DNA of 64,000 bases from the human T2T-CHM13v2.0 reference genome, Homo sapiens: NCBI RefSeq assembly GCF_009914755.1, contig NC_060927.1, one strand, 5' to 3'. Of the stretch, positions 24,861 to 47,430 are shown one piece after another. A model generated the notes under the pieces. It was not told where the DNA came from, did not search any database, and worked only from the letters and a program-made list of their open reading frames with translations. How positions within the stretch are numbered: the first letter of the stretch is position 1; each line of letters begins with the position of its first letter. The position numbers and the translations under genes were made by a program.

Positions 24861-27800
24861 AAGTAAAGAATAAACTTAAATAATAAAAAGGTGTGGGAGC
24901 AAAAAGAGTTCATCTCAAAAGATGGGAAGCCCTCTAATGCCCTCTACTGATAGATGTTTTGTAAACCCTAGAAGGCATTCTTCTGTCTCATGTGTGACGG
25001 GAGGATGTTCAAGGTGGTTTGGTGCATCGTCCCTGTTCTATGCCGAATTTCTTCATGTGTATCCCAAGCCCTTCTCCCAGCCCAGGAAGTTCAAAAGAGG
25101 ACGTCATGGCCTAAGGGAGAAGTTGTCAAAGAGGCATTTGGTGAGACCAGAAAACAAAGATAATAAAATTCCTGGTTTTCAAACATGAAAGGAAGGAAGG
25201 ACAAAGCTGAGTACATGTTTTGGTGTGAGACCAAAAGATTTAGAAGGAAACTTGTGGAGCCAGTTTTTCTCTCTCTCTCTTTAAAAAAATATATATATAT
25301 ATATATATTTAAAAATTTTTAAATCATCAAGTTGGTGAAACAGTTTCTCTTTTTACTGCTTACTCCTCCTGTGCTACTCCTGCTTGCCAAACACAAAGGA
25401 CAAGGACTTCATGCAGATTCTCCAGGCCGTGGGAGTTGGAAGGGATGCCAGCGTTCAACCGGTGTGGGAGCCTTTGTCCTTTCCCCATCTGTGGGCCACA
25501 TCCAAGGTTATAGGAGAAGCCCCTGATGAGTTTGGGGCTCCAAGGACAGATGAGCTCATTTGGCAGGGGTCCTGGGGAAGTAAGGATGTTCCAGAGCCCC
25601 TCCCCAGCAACTCACCCCATCACAGGGCAGGGACCACATGGGGCAGTGAGGAAGTAGAAGTGCCAGCAGATACGTCTCAGTGGAGAAGTCCCAGGAGATC
25701 CTGAAGTACCTGGCCCCAGACAGATGTGGGAATCATTCCACACACTGCCTGGGAGCAGAGAGGCAGGTATGTCCTGAAGAGCCTTGCCAACAGGACAAAG
25801 GAAGTGGACACCAGCCTCCCCCGCAGCTCTGGCCAGTGCCAGCACCCAGAACCTAGATGCCACCTGGGGAGAAGTTGGTGGAGGAAGAAAGTCATGCTGA
25901 ATTACCTGAGTCAATTGAGAGCTTATAATAGGGATTAAGTCGAGATTTAGAAAAAAATGAAATTTTTTGTGCATCTGAGCTCACGGCTCAAAAACATCAT
26001 ATCCTAAAAGGAATTCTTTTTCTGTAGCCAGCAGAGGGCACTTGGAGACAGCAAAAGACCTGAAGAAACCGCCCTAATCCAATCACAAGATCAGATGGGT
26101 TTGCTTTTCCCTGGAAAGTAGTTCAGGGCGGGCAACTCTGCCTCCTGGAACCCCCAACATCCTCACTGTAAACAGAGTGCTTGTTTCTGGGGTGCAAGTT
26201 GAGAGGAAATGGCCAGGAAGAAGGCCTGGCCCCTCACATTCCAGAGCCCCTCCTTGGGACCAGGAGTCTGACGTCCCTTCTGGAGCTTCAGTGGATTCTC
26301 GGGGCTGCTGTGGTTGGCGGAGGGCGGGGGGGTGGTGGAGGGGGGAAAGGCGGGTGGGTAGGGGTGCCATGCCAGATCCCCAAGGACTCCTTAGGTGGAG
26401 GAGTCTTCCCTCCTGAGCCTGGGTTCCTCCGTCCCACTCTTCGTCTCAAGATGTCCTGAGTCCTCCCTCAGTGTGACTCAGTTCCATGCTGCTCTGGGAA
26501 TCCAGAGAGGAACCGACACAGTCCCAGCCCTTGAAAGGGGCTCCGTCTGCGCAGGCAGCAGAAGTGGTCATGATGACAGTGGAGGGAGTCCCTCTGCTTG
26601 GGGTCTCAGAAGCCACTTGAAGAAGGCATGAGCATGGTCTCAGTTCTCCAGGGGAACTGGAGGGAGGCATTCCAGAACAAGAGGACAGCGTGTGCACAGG
26701 CTTGGGGTGCAAGTGAAGAAATTAATCATAGAATGAGGAGGAGGCCACCTTGCCTATCATCCTGCTGCACCAGGAAGTAGAAAGACATTTTTAAAAAGTT
26801 TACAAAACGTATTCTGTATTAGAGTGCTTCCCACCTTATGAAATCAACCCGCTCCTTTCTAATGCATCTTCTTTTTAGAAAATGTTTTCTTTGCTTTTTT
26901 TTTCTGAAAACATCCGAAAGTAAGAGCCTTTCCTCCGTACTACTTTAGCCTGTAGTTCCTAAGTTCTATAAAGCCACAGCACGATGACTGAATCCAGGGT
27001 TAAAGGAAATGTTTGCTTGGCAGTACTTGGGCATTCACCATGCCAAATGCCCAAAGTTCAGGCTGATCCTGCTCTGAAGTCCCAAAGAATTGAAAACCAG
27101 TGAGAGAAATCCAGGCCTTTAGCTTAGACCAGCAGCCTCCAGGACCAGCAGCGCTGAGGCTCAGCAATGCCTGTACATCGATGTGACAAGATTCAGGGGA
27201 AAAAAGTAAGAGAGGGAACCTAGGGCCCCCCAAGAGCAGGGAAGGGCAGAATCCAGCAGGGTTTCCAAGGGCCAGGCAGCTGGTAGCAGTGGGGACCATT
27301 GATAGAGGAGATTCTCAAGTGACAGGCAAAGGCTTAAGTACTTCTTTTCAAAAAAGAAAGAACAGTGATGTATTGTTCTCCCACACCTCAATTGCATAAA
27401 CTCATAGTCCTCCCTGGGGCCTCTATTAAGTCACCTGTGACACTAAGGACCAGAGTAGCAGCAGTAGCCTTGGACCCCGACTCTCCTGTTTGCATGATTT
27501 CCAGCCAATGGTGGCCTTTGCCACCCTTGGGCCACTAGCCTATGACTGGAGAAGAAATTGTACTGTGTGTTTAGCTGTTCCAGAGTTCTGCAGAAACTGT
27601 GGAAGTGACCCACCAAAGAAAGTGGAGTTGCCTGGCTCAGGAACCCAGTATGTAAGCACCCCCAACCCCACCAGTTGTAGTCCTGGCTCTGGTCCCCCTC
27701 TGCTGCTGCCCTCTCAAGGCTCGAGTCCTGACCCAGAGTGACTGTTCACAGGGGTGAAGGGCAGTTAATCTGGTGTAAATAGCCAGCCACATCTCTGGGA

Positions 27801-28017
27801 CTTTACGGATGCATAGAACCATACTTCTCAAATCTTAGTGGTGAAAGACTGGTGTGTTGTTTTTTAAAATTTGTATCATCTGTCCATCATGGGCCAATAT
27901 TTTTATAAAATACAATAATAAAGAATTTCAGGAAAAATAAAATACATCCAAAGAAGTATAAAATACAAGCCAAAATTTTAAAATATTAGTTTCAACAGAC
28001 ATTAAATTACCTTTCAA

Positions 28018-28315
28018 AGCCAGGCACAGTGGCTCACACCTGTAATCCCAGCACTTTTGGGAGGCCAAGGCTGGTGGATCACCTAAGGTCAGGGAATTTG
28101 AGACCAGCCTGACCAACATTGTGAAACCTTGTCTCTACTAAAAATACAAAATTAGCCGGGCCTGGTAGCGTATGCCTGTAATCTCAGCTACTTGGGAGGC
28201 TGAGGCAGGAGAATCGCTTGAACCTGGGAGGCAGAGGTTGCAGTGAGTGAGATTGTGCCATTGTGCTCCAGTCTGGGCAATAAGAGTGAAACTCCGTCTC
28301 AAAAAAAAAAAAAAA
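28018..28315 (+). mobile_element. AluS
   Basis: Alu dimer, A-tail, TSD AAATTACCTTT. Confidence 0.92.
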
Positions 28316-28959
28316 TTACCTTTTAAAAATATGAGAACAAACAGGGAAATATAAAAGAATTATGAGGTTAGTACGTATTATTCATTGAAAGTGTACCTAG
28401 AGCATTTAATACAGATTCACTATTATACTCCTGTCATTCTGCAGTTATAACTAAACAAAAAGTTACAAGTGAAGCCGTGATTTTTTATATTACATACATA
28501 CTCTCACTTTGAATATATATCAATATTGAAGTTTTATTTTTTCTTTTATTTTCTTTTTTAATTATAGCAAATATTGCCTGATACAATATTCAAGTTTTTA
28601 ATGTGATAAATGAGGATTGGATTCTTTTAATTTATCTCAGCTAGTTCAGATTAACAATAGTGTTATTTGCAGGGGATAACATATAAGCTTGTGTTTTCTT
28701 TTAATAACACTCACAATAGAGAAACCAGCCTCAGAGAGAGATGTTGGTTGGAAAGGAAGATAAGACATTTAAAGTAATTTTTTGGCCAAAATTTTTCTAT
28801 GAGGCTTTGTTTTACAATCTGTAAAGTCTGGCTAACAAATGAACAATACAAATTTTATATCTCCAACTTAGATAATAATATTAAACTATAAATTTTTAAA
28901 AACTTGATTAGAATTAACTTGATGGTAAAAGTAACAAGTTAGAAAAATAAAGAAATGCT

Positions 28960-29274
<315 letters not shown>

Positions 29275-29483
29275 TTACATTTGCTCAGATTTTTATATGC
29301 TTTTGACTTACGGTTGACAAACTAACCTTAAAATCTCATGGGTTGTAATGTGGTCCTCCTGCCTGTGGTCAGTTTGCTGCCTGTCCACCCAAAACTCACC
29401 ATTAGAGTGCAATGACACTTGAATGGTCCACACCATTGGCATGTACTTGGACAACGTGGCAATGCAAATTGCTTGAAAAGTAA

Positions 29484-29949
<466 letters not shown>

Positions 29950-31389
29950 TAATTTGTCATTTTTGCTTTTAGCAAATCACCCTCACGGCGCAGAGGAGTG
30001 GGAAGAAGGTGATGCCTTGGAATGGGCCCCTTCGGCTCCTGTCTTCCTCAGAACCATGCCGTCTCAGCTGTTTCCTGTTACCTGGTACCCGGTTCCAGGT
30101 AAACAGACTCCTTCACATCTGTGACCTCCACCAACAAGAATCCTCTACCTCACATCTGACCAAACCTGGCTGGTCCCTAAGAACCCTGCTGTGGGACAGA
30201 TTCTTCCTCCACATGTTCCTGAGGGCTCTGGTCCTTTTTGCTATTGCAGCCTTTGGCGTGCTCCTCTTCCGTTATCCTCTTTCAAAACCCCTGCCCTGTT
30301 GAAGTTCACGTTTCCCAACTGCTACCCTCAACCTCCCTCCCTCAGCTTCTTGGAGGTTCCCTTAATTCTTTGCTATGTCAACTCTGAACTCTTTGTCCTT
30401 TTCACCATCTTAAGTCTTTCTGTCACCTGGACAACTTCAGCCACCCATGAAGGATGACCCATTTGGCTCTGGGCTCCCAGTTCCTCTACTTCCTCATCTC
30501 TTTTGGCCTTCATCACCCTTCCATTTCTGATGAGCTCTCCCAAAGCCATATCCTTGAACTTACCACCTGAAATCACTCAACTTCTGAAATTTAAAAATCA
30601 GTTACCCCACTCTTTCACCACAACCTCTTGGCACCTGGCTCTCTCAGTCAGAGCATTCCCCCTGTGTTCTTAGACCTCACAGAAACATCTAGTCCCCTGC
30701 CTCCTCTGCTTTTCTAATTTGCCATCAACTGTGCCCCCCCATCCCCACAATCTTCTTACTTTTTCTTCTATCCAGCCTAGACTGTGCCCTATAATTTCAA
30801 TACTTTAGTTCCTAAGTTTTATGGTCCACTGTTGCACTCAATTCTGGATCATTCAACTGTTCACCTTCTTTTTTCCAGACCAAACCAGGACTGCTGGCTT
30901 CCAGTGAAAACAGTAAGTGTGACTGCCACAACCATGAGTGCCAAATTTATAGTTTCCCACCTCAGCCAGGCCTTCAATGAAGCCAGGTGATCCTATGTTT
31001 CTCCAGTCAGCTCTCTCTCGTTCTCTATGGGCACGATCTCAAACCTTCCTCATTCCTCACTTTCTGCTCCATCTCTCTCTCTCTCTCTCTCTCTCACTCT
31101 CACTCTCAACAAAATGTATTTGCCCTCTTTCCTAAAGAAAGCAGAAGCATCACACAGGAATTCTTCCAACTTTCTGGGATCAAGCCTGTAAGCTTGCTAC
31201 GGGCTCACTCATTGCTTTCTCTGTCCTGTCTGCTGTAAAGGAGGTTGGGTTCTTCATCCCAATTCTGGCCCATTTCTCCACCAGTAACATGGATCTCAGC
31301 CCCTCCCTCCTCTTGTGGGGCCTTATTTCATCCATTATGCCCTCACTCACCTGTATTTTAAAAACATCCTTCAGGAGGAATTTCAAGAA

Positions 31390-34283
<2,894 letters not shown>

Positions 34284-35521
34284 AAGTTCAAACTTAGAGA
34301 TATGAGTAATCAAATAAATGGGATATTCTTAACATCTGCATCAGTTAAGCCTCTTAGTTATAAACAGGAGAAACCTGCTGTAGATGGCTTAAGGAGAAAA
34401 AGGGTTTATTAAGGAAAACATAATTAGATAACACAATCTCCCTAAAGACAGAGAATCAGGCTTGGAAGCCAGGGAGGTAGGAACATGTGCAAATCATATG
34501 ACCAGCCCACTCCAGGAGAGCACTGACACTGCAGCCCACACTACCGGTGGGGCCAGCTTCACAAGCCTGTGGCCCAGCTGCAAAAGAGGCTCGGGAAAAA
34601 GTTTCTGGTTCCTACTTTGGGGAGGTAGAAAATTCCCAAACAAAAGAAGGGTGTTTAAAGGTGCTGAATAGACAAGAAGAATGTTGAATGTCCACTACAG
34701 TCCACCCCTTGGCTGTTTAACACCTAATTACACTCTTCTTCCTTACTTAACTTCAAAATGCAAATATCATCAACCACCACAAACACTTCCATTTAGCACA
34801 ATACAGCTATCCATCACACAAACAAAATTAAATTCATGATATTCTCCGAAGGGAAGTTCAGCATCTGTAGAAGAAAGAGGTTCAGACCTCATTTTGTTCC
34901 ATCATGATCCTCTCTTGATGTACTGAAACCTGTGGAGGCATTGGCATGGTAACCATGATAACACATTCTGGGTTAAAAAGTAAGGGAAGATAGGGCAGCC
35001 AAGATGGCAGAATAGGAACAGCTCCGGTCTACAGCTCCCAGCGTGAGCGACACAGAAGGCAGGTTGTTTCTGCATTTCCATCTGAGACTTAAATGTCCCT
35101 GTCTGACAGCTTTGAAGAGAGCAGTGGTTCTCCCAGCATGCAGCTGGAGATCTGAGAACTGGCAGACTGCCTCCTCAAGTGGATCCCTGACCCCTGACCC
35201 CCGAGCAGCCTAACTGGGAGGCACCCCCCAGTAGGAGCAGACTGACACCTCACACGGCCGGGTACTCCTCTGAGACAAAACTTCCAGAGGAACGATCAGA
35301 CAGCAACATTCGCGGTTCACGAAAATCCGCTGTTCTGCAGCCACCGCTGCTGATACCCAGGCAGACAGGGTCTGGAGTGGACCTCTAGCAAACTCCAACA
35401 GACCTGCAGCTGAGGGTCCTGTCTGTTAGAAGGAAAACTAACAAACAGAAAGGACATCCACACCAAAAACCCAACTGTACATCACCATCATCAAAGACCA
35501 AAAGTAGATAAAACCACAAAG

Positions 35522-36538
35522 ATGGGGAAAAAACAGAGCAGAAAAACTGGAAACTCTAAAAAGCAGAGCACCTCTCCTCCTCCAAAGGAATGCAGTTCCT
35601 CACCAGCAACAGAACAAAGCTTGGTGGAGAATGACTTTGATGAGTTGAGAGAAGAAGGCTTCAGATGATCAAACTACTCCGAGCTACCGGAGGAAATTCA
35701 AACCAAAGGCAAAGAAGTTAAAAAGTTTGAAAACAATTTAGAAGAATGTATAACTAGAATAACCAATACGGAGAAGTGCTTAAAGGAGCTGATGGAGCTG
35801 AAAGCCAAGGCTCGAGAACTACGTGAAGAATGCAGAAGCCTCAGGAGCCGATGCGATCAACTGGAAGAAAGGGTATCAGTGATGGAAGATGAAATGAATG
35901 AAATGAAGCGAGAAGGGAAGTTTAGAGAAAAAAGAATAAAAAGAAATGAACAAAGCCTCCAAGAAATATGGGACTATATGAAAAGACCAAATCTGCGTCT
36001 GATTGGTGTACCTGAAAGTGACGGGGAGAATGGAACCAAGCTGGGAAACACTCTTCAGGATATTATCCTGGAGAACTTCCCCAATGTAGCAAGGCAGGCC
36101 AACATTCAGATTCAGGAAATACAGAGAACGCCACAAAGATACTCCTCGAGAAGAGCAACTCCAAGACACATAATTGTCAGATTCACCAAAATTGAAATGA
36201 AGGAAAAAATGTTAAGGGCAGCCATAGAGAAAGGTCGGGTTACCCTCAAAGGGAAGCCCATCAGACTAACAGCGGATTTCTCGGCAGAAACTCTACAAGC
36301 CAGAAGAGAGTGGGGGCCAATATTCAACATTCTTAAAGAAAAGAATTTTCAAACCAGAATTTCATATCCAGCCAAACTAAGCTTCATAAGTGAAGGAGAA
36401 ATAACATACTTTACAGACAAGCAAATGCTGAGAGATTCTGTCACCACCAGGCCTGCCCTAAAAGAGCTCCTGAAGGAAGCACTAAACACGGAAAGGAACA
36501 ACCGGTACCAGCCACTGCAAAATCATGCTAAATTGTAA
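35522..36538 (+). pseudogene. L1 ORF1p, disrupted by a stop at codon 49
   Basis: ATG GGG AAA AAA CAG start; 1017 nt = 338 codons plus stop; in-frame TGA at 35666-35668 (CGA>TGA CpG decay). Confidence 0.92.
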
Positions 36539-36586
36539 AGACCATCGAGACTAGGAAGAAACTGCATCAACTAACGAGCAAAATAA

Positions 36587-40427
<3,841 letters not shown>

Positions 40428-40708
40428 ACAGTGAGAACACATGAACACAGGAAGGGGAACATCACACTCAGGACGGTTGTGGGGTGGGGGTAGGGGGGAG
40501 GGATTGCATCAGAAGATATACCTAATGCTAAATGACGAGTTAATGGGTGCAGCACACCAGCATGTCACATGCATACATATGTAACTAACCTGCACATTGG
40601 GCACATGTACCCTAAAACTTAAAGTATAATAATAATAAAATAATTAAAAAAAAGAAAACTTGAATAGTCTATACCCAGATGTAAAAAAAAAGTAAGGGAA
40701 AACCAATT

Positions 40709-41205
40709 GTGCCTGTTATTAAGTTATTATCTCTTATCTCCAAATTCACCATTTTATGCCCTCCTGGGGCTAGGACTGTACCACGCTTCCACGTCAGAAG
40801 CTGCCAATAGGGACATCACTGGGGGCCGGAGGAGAGAGAGGAGACATGTTTCTTCCTGTCTGTGTGCTGTTCCGGTCAGTGTCCTCCCAGCAACTCCTTC
40901 ACCCAACAACAGCATTTGGTTTTGGTCTGTAGTTTTCCCCTCATTCCTAGAATGTACCTTATCACACCTTCCCCCTGCCCTGCTCAGTGACAACAGCCGG
41001 GTAACACGCTAGCCTCAGAGCTTTGGGTTCCACCTGCTCCGTGCCACTCCTCTAAGCTTCTCAATGTATTAATCCCAACCATTTCGCTTTGTTCCTCCAG
41101 CCCTAGAGAGGCAAGGACTCTGATTCCTGCCACTGCGAGTACTATGTTATCTCAATGTTCCTTTTTGCTTTTTCAGTCTTCCAACACCAGTTTAAGTAAT
41201 TCTCT
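40709..41205. mobile_element. ERVL LTR remnant (LTR33-like)
   Basis: TGT...TCTTATCTCCAAATTCACC...GCTGCCAATAGGG motifs; family recalled from memory. Confidence 0.45.
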
Positions 41206-41499
41206 GCATTCCCTAGTTTGAACAAAAGCCAGAGTGGTAGTCCTTGTTACTGATTAGTAATTGTGACTTCACTCCTCTACCACCTATTTCATGTTCCCTT
41301 TGTCCTCAGCTGCTCAGAATTCTTTACTCAGTGGGAGGAATACAAATTTTCATTTCAGAAAGATCTGAACCATAGGTGGCCGAGCATATGTGAACTTGCA
41401 AGGAACATGGAAGGCGTAGTGAAGCAAGGAAATAATGATTACCAAGTATGGCCTCATGACCTGTTCAGAAACAGGGACTATAATGCATTGTTGTGATTA

Positions 41500-42020
41500 C
41501 CTATATAAACTGTAGGGTGGAAGTGGGAAGACTAGTTAGGAGGCTTTTACAGTAATCCAGGGGGAGGGAGAGTAATGGCCCAGACCAAGGTGGCAACAGT
41601 GGAAGTGGTGAAAAGTAAGTGGATTCTAAACACATTTTGAAGCCGACAAGATATGCTGATGGATTAGATGAAAGGTGTAAAGGGAAGGGGGGAGTCAAAG
41701 ATTGTTCCAAGGATTTGGGCCTGAGCAATGGGAAGGATGGAGCTGCCATCAACTGAGTTGGGGAAGGCATTAGGTAGAGGAAATTTGAAGGGAAAGTCAA
41801 GAGTTCATTTGGATATATTGAGATTGAGATGCCTGTTAGCCATCCAAGTGAAAATGATCCCTACAGCTTTGCCTTTGGAACAGATCTGTCTCCTCCCACT
41901 AGAATGAGAAAGCCCTGATGTCAGTCTGTTTGTCTCTCATTTCAGCATCTTTAGTGCTCAGCACAGTGCCTGGACCATGATCATTTCAGTAAATAGCTTT
42001 TGAATGAATGAATGAATAAA
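41500..42020. mobile_element. L2 remnants
   Basis: GGAAGGATGGAGCTGCCATCAACTGAG; (TGAA)n tail at ~42000-42016. Confidence 0.6.
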
Positions 42021-43238
42021 AAAATGAAAAACTTTGGGGGTTCTCATATATGCCAAAGTTTGTCTTATCCAGGTTCCAACTCCACCATTCTTTTCCAGAA
42101 AGAATAAGATAACCATTTTATTCTGCACACTGTGGCCAATATTCACTGGAAACCTGTCTTGTTAGTTTACTAATTGTAGATGAAATCTTTCTCCCCTGAA
42201 GTGGAGAAATCCCTCAGAGAGACAAGAGCCTTCCTCCCTCCTGTTAGAAGCATGTCTCAGCCTGGATTCAGCTGGAGACTTGTTCTGACTAGAAGATAGG
42301 GCTTTGACAATGGTCTCAGGTCTGGGAGAGTCTGAGGGCACGGTGTGTGCAGTAGAATCCTCTTCTTCTCTTCTTCCCTGTACATGGGTGTGTTTTTTGT
42401 GTTGTGGCTTCTCATAGGAAACCTGAGGTAGACCCAGAACAGTTTCCCTTGGAGCTTCTCTCTCTGCCCAAGTTCAAATCCCAGTAATTACGGAGTCCCA
42501 ATTCAGTACTTCTGATAGGAAGCAAAAGTAAGGTTCATCCTATCCCCAGTGTCCAGTATAGAACAGGAGGCATTCATTTGGACAGTTTCACCCTAATTCA
42601 GCCACAGTTAGGACTCCCGTGTCAGGCTGCCTCTATAGTGCGCTGCCTGTCTTCCTGCACCCTGACCTCTGGCATCCCCTCCTTTGAGGAGACTTTCATA
42701 ACTCCCAATTTTGGTTTATGAGTCGTTGCTATGCAGGGAGAAACACAGGAGGTGAAGGTGAAGGTGGGGAGTTGATTTGCTATTAACAAACTTCTGTATC
42801 TTGATTTTATGTTCAAAATACATGATTACATGTACTCGATGGAACTTAACATTTTTGCTTATTTGGAATTGTTTTTTTCTTTCTGCTTTTCTTCACTCAA
42901 ATCTGGAAAGCATAAGGTGCTCACTAATTAGAGGTAACCATAGTTACCAAGTTGTCTTCAAAATACCCCTAAGAGTTCCTTTTTATTTTTTGAGTTCTTA
43001 TTCTACAAAAAGCATTTCACTTGTCAGTCTTCTTTGTTCTCTTTTCAGTTTCATGGGGTGATGTTCCAAACCTGGAAGACTTTTGGTAGCTCTGTTAAAA
43101 GTTCAAAAGTAAAATAATGAAATAAACTACCTATTCTTAGAAAATAGTCCCATGCCTAAAATTATCTGGTTTCAAAATTTCAGCTGACTGGGTAGCAACG
43201 AGAAATAGACCAGAATCCTGCAAATTTCAATGTGTATA

Positions 43239-43604
43239 CAGTAGCTTCCCATTATCTGCTATTTTGCTTTCTGTGATTTCAGTGACACATGGTCAGCTGT
43301 GGTCTGAAGACATTAAATGGAGAATCCAAGAAATAAACAATTCATAAGTTTTAAATTGAGTACTGTTTTGAGTAGTGTGATGAAATCTTGTGCCTGCTTG
43401 CTCCGTCCTGCCTGGGAAATAAATCCTCCCTTTGTCCAGCAAGATCCATGCTGCATATGCTATCCACTCATTAGTTACTTAGTAGCTGTTTCGGTTATCA
43501 GATCTAAAAAACACAGGATGTATAAGGTTCAGTACCACCCGCAGTTTCAGACATCCACCTGCGGTTTTGGAACGTATCCCCCATGGATAAGGGTGAAAAT
43601 ACTG
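43239..43604 (+). mobile_element. MER44A-like (TcMar-Tigger MITE)
   Basis: TA|CAGTAG...TTATC ... GATAAGGG...TACTG|TA terminal inverted repeats with TA TSD; internal AGAAATAAACAATTCATAAGTTTTAAATTG. Confidence 0.8.
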
Positions 43605-45069
43605 TACAGCTAAAATCCTCAACAGAGAGAAGCTGGCACCCGGAGGAGTGTTTTCTAAAATTTCCACTTGAGGGCGCTGTCGTCTTCTGTCAGGGTAGAA
43701 CCGACGTATTTTTTTCCCGTTAGGTTAGTTACTGCATGTGAAAAACTTCACTGACACCCAGGTTTCGGTTTGCTACAGTGGTGATTAGAGGTCTCTTAGA
43801 GACTGGCACACTAGGCAGCCACCTGGTTGGCCTCCCCTTCATTCAGTCAGCTCTGCCATTCAGCTTTCTTCCAGCCTCTGCACATTACCTGTCCTAGTTC
43901 TTGTTTTATTGTACTGCCACTCAACTTTTCTGAATCTCCCACTTGGCTGTGTCTCTGTACCTGCTAAATCAACACAGTTCCTGGCATACAGGTGCATTTC
44001 AGTGCATGCTGGTGAGACAGCGAAGGGCTTGAAACAGTCCACAAAAGTTGATGCAGGAGAGCAGTACAATCCTTTCTGGAGTGGGACTCAGAGAAAGATC
44101 ATGCATGTTGAAGTCATTCCAGCAGCAGTCCAGGGGAGTTGGGGCAGGTAAGGCTTGAACAACTGCTGATTGTGTCTGTTTCTATTTGCCCAGACTGGCA
44201 TGTGAGCCACAGGAAGGAAAAGATAGAAAGATGCTAGTCTTAGAGCTTGATTAGATGTGACTCTTTCCACTTGTCAGTAACTCTTATTCCCTCTGGAGAT
44301 TTTCCAAACCAGAAACGTCTTGGGAATCACATATATGAAAGAACCCAAAACTAAGATAATAAAATAAACCACCCATTCTTAGAGAAGAGCCTTATGCCAT
44401 GAGTTACTGGGTCTTAACATTTCAGTACCTCTTGACCTAATATTTCAGCAAGATATTAGAGTTTCAGCAGAAATTGCCAGGCCCTGGAAGGCTGAGAAAA
44501 GGCAGGGAAGCCCTGAAGGCTGTGGCTGGTGCCTTTCTCAAAGATAGGTGGCAGGTGGACAGACAGAGAAGGAGTCTAGGCGGGCACAGCCGGACCCAAT
44601 TGCTCAGATTGGGCTGAAGTCTTGGGTGAATGGCAGGAGGGAGAGAAGCTAAGGAAAAGGGAAAGGAAGGGAGTTGACAGAAGATCAAAGCAAGGACCCC
44701 AAGGCAGGGTGGATCAGGGCAGAAGAGGCTTCAGCCAGGGCTTGGAGAGATGAACCTGGGCCAGAGGCTGGGGAGGCAGGAAAGAGCTGGCCGTAGAAAG
44801 ACCTAATGAACCAAGAGGCAGCTGCATGGCTGAAGCTGAGTGGTGCCCACGTGGTTACCTTTTGGAAGTGGTTGGTTTCAATGTCTCCCGAAGCTGGGGT
44901 TGCAAATATAACACAAATGTGTGAGACTGGCCTGTGAGAGAGGGCATGCCTGTCTAGAGGGGCAGCCAAGTGTTGGCCTCCACATTGTCACCATGCAGAA
45001 ATGCAGGCTCATCATTGCCAGATTTTCAGAAGAAGATGGGATTTCATTGTGAAATTTCTATATTGAAAG

Positions 45070-47430
<2,361 letters not shown>

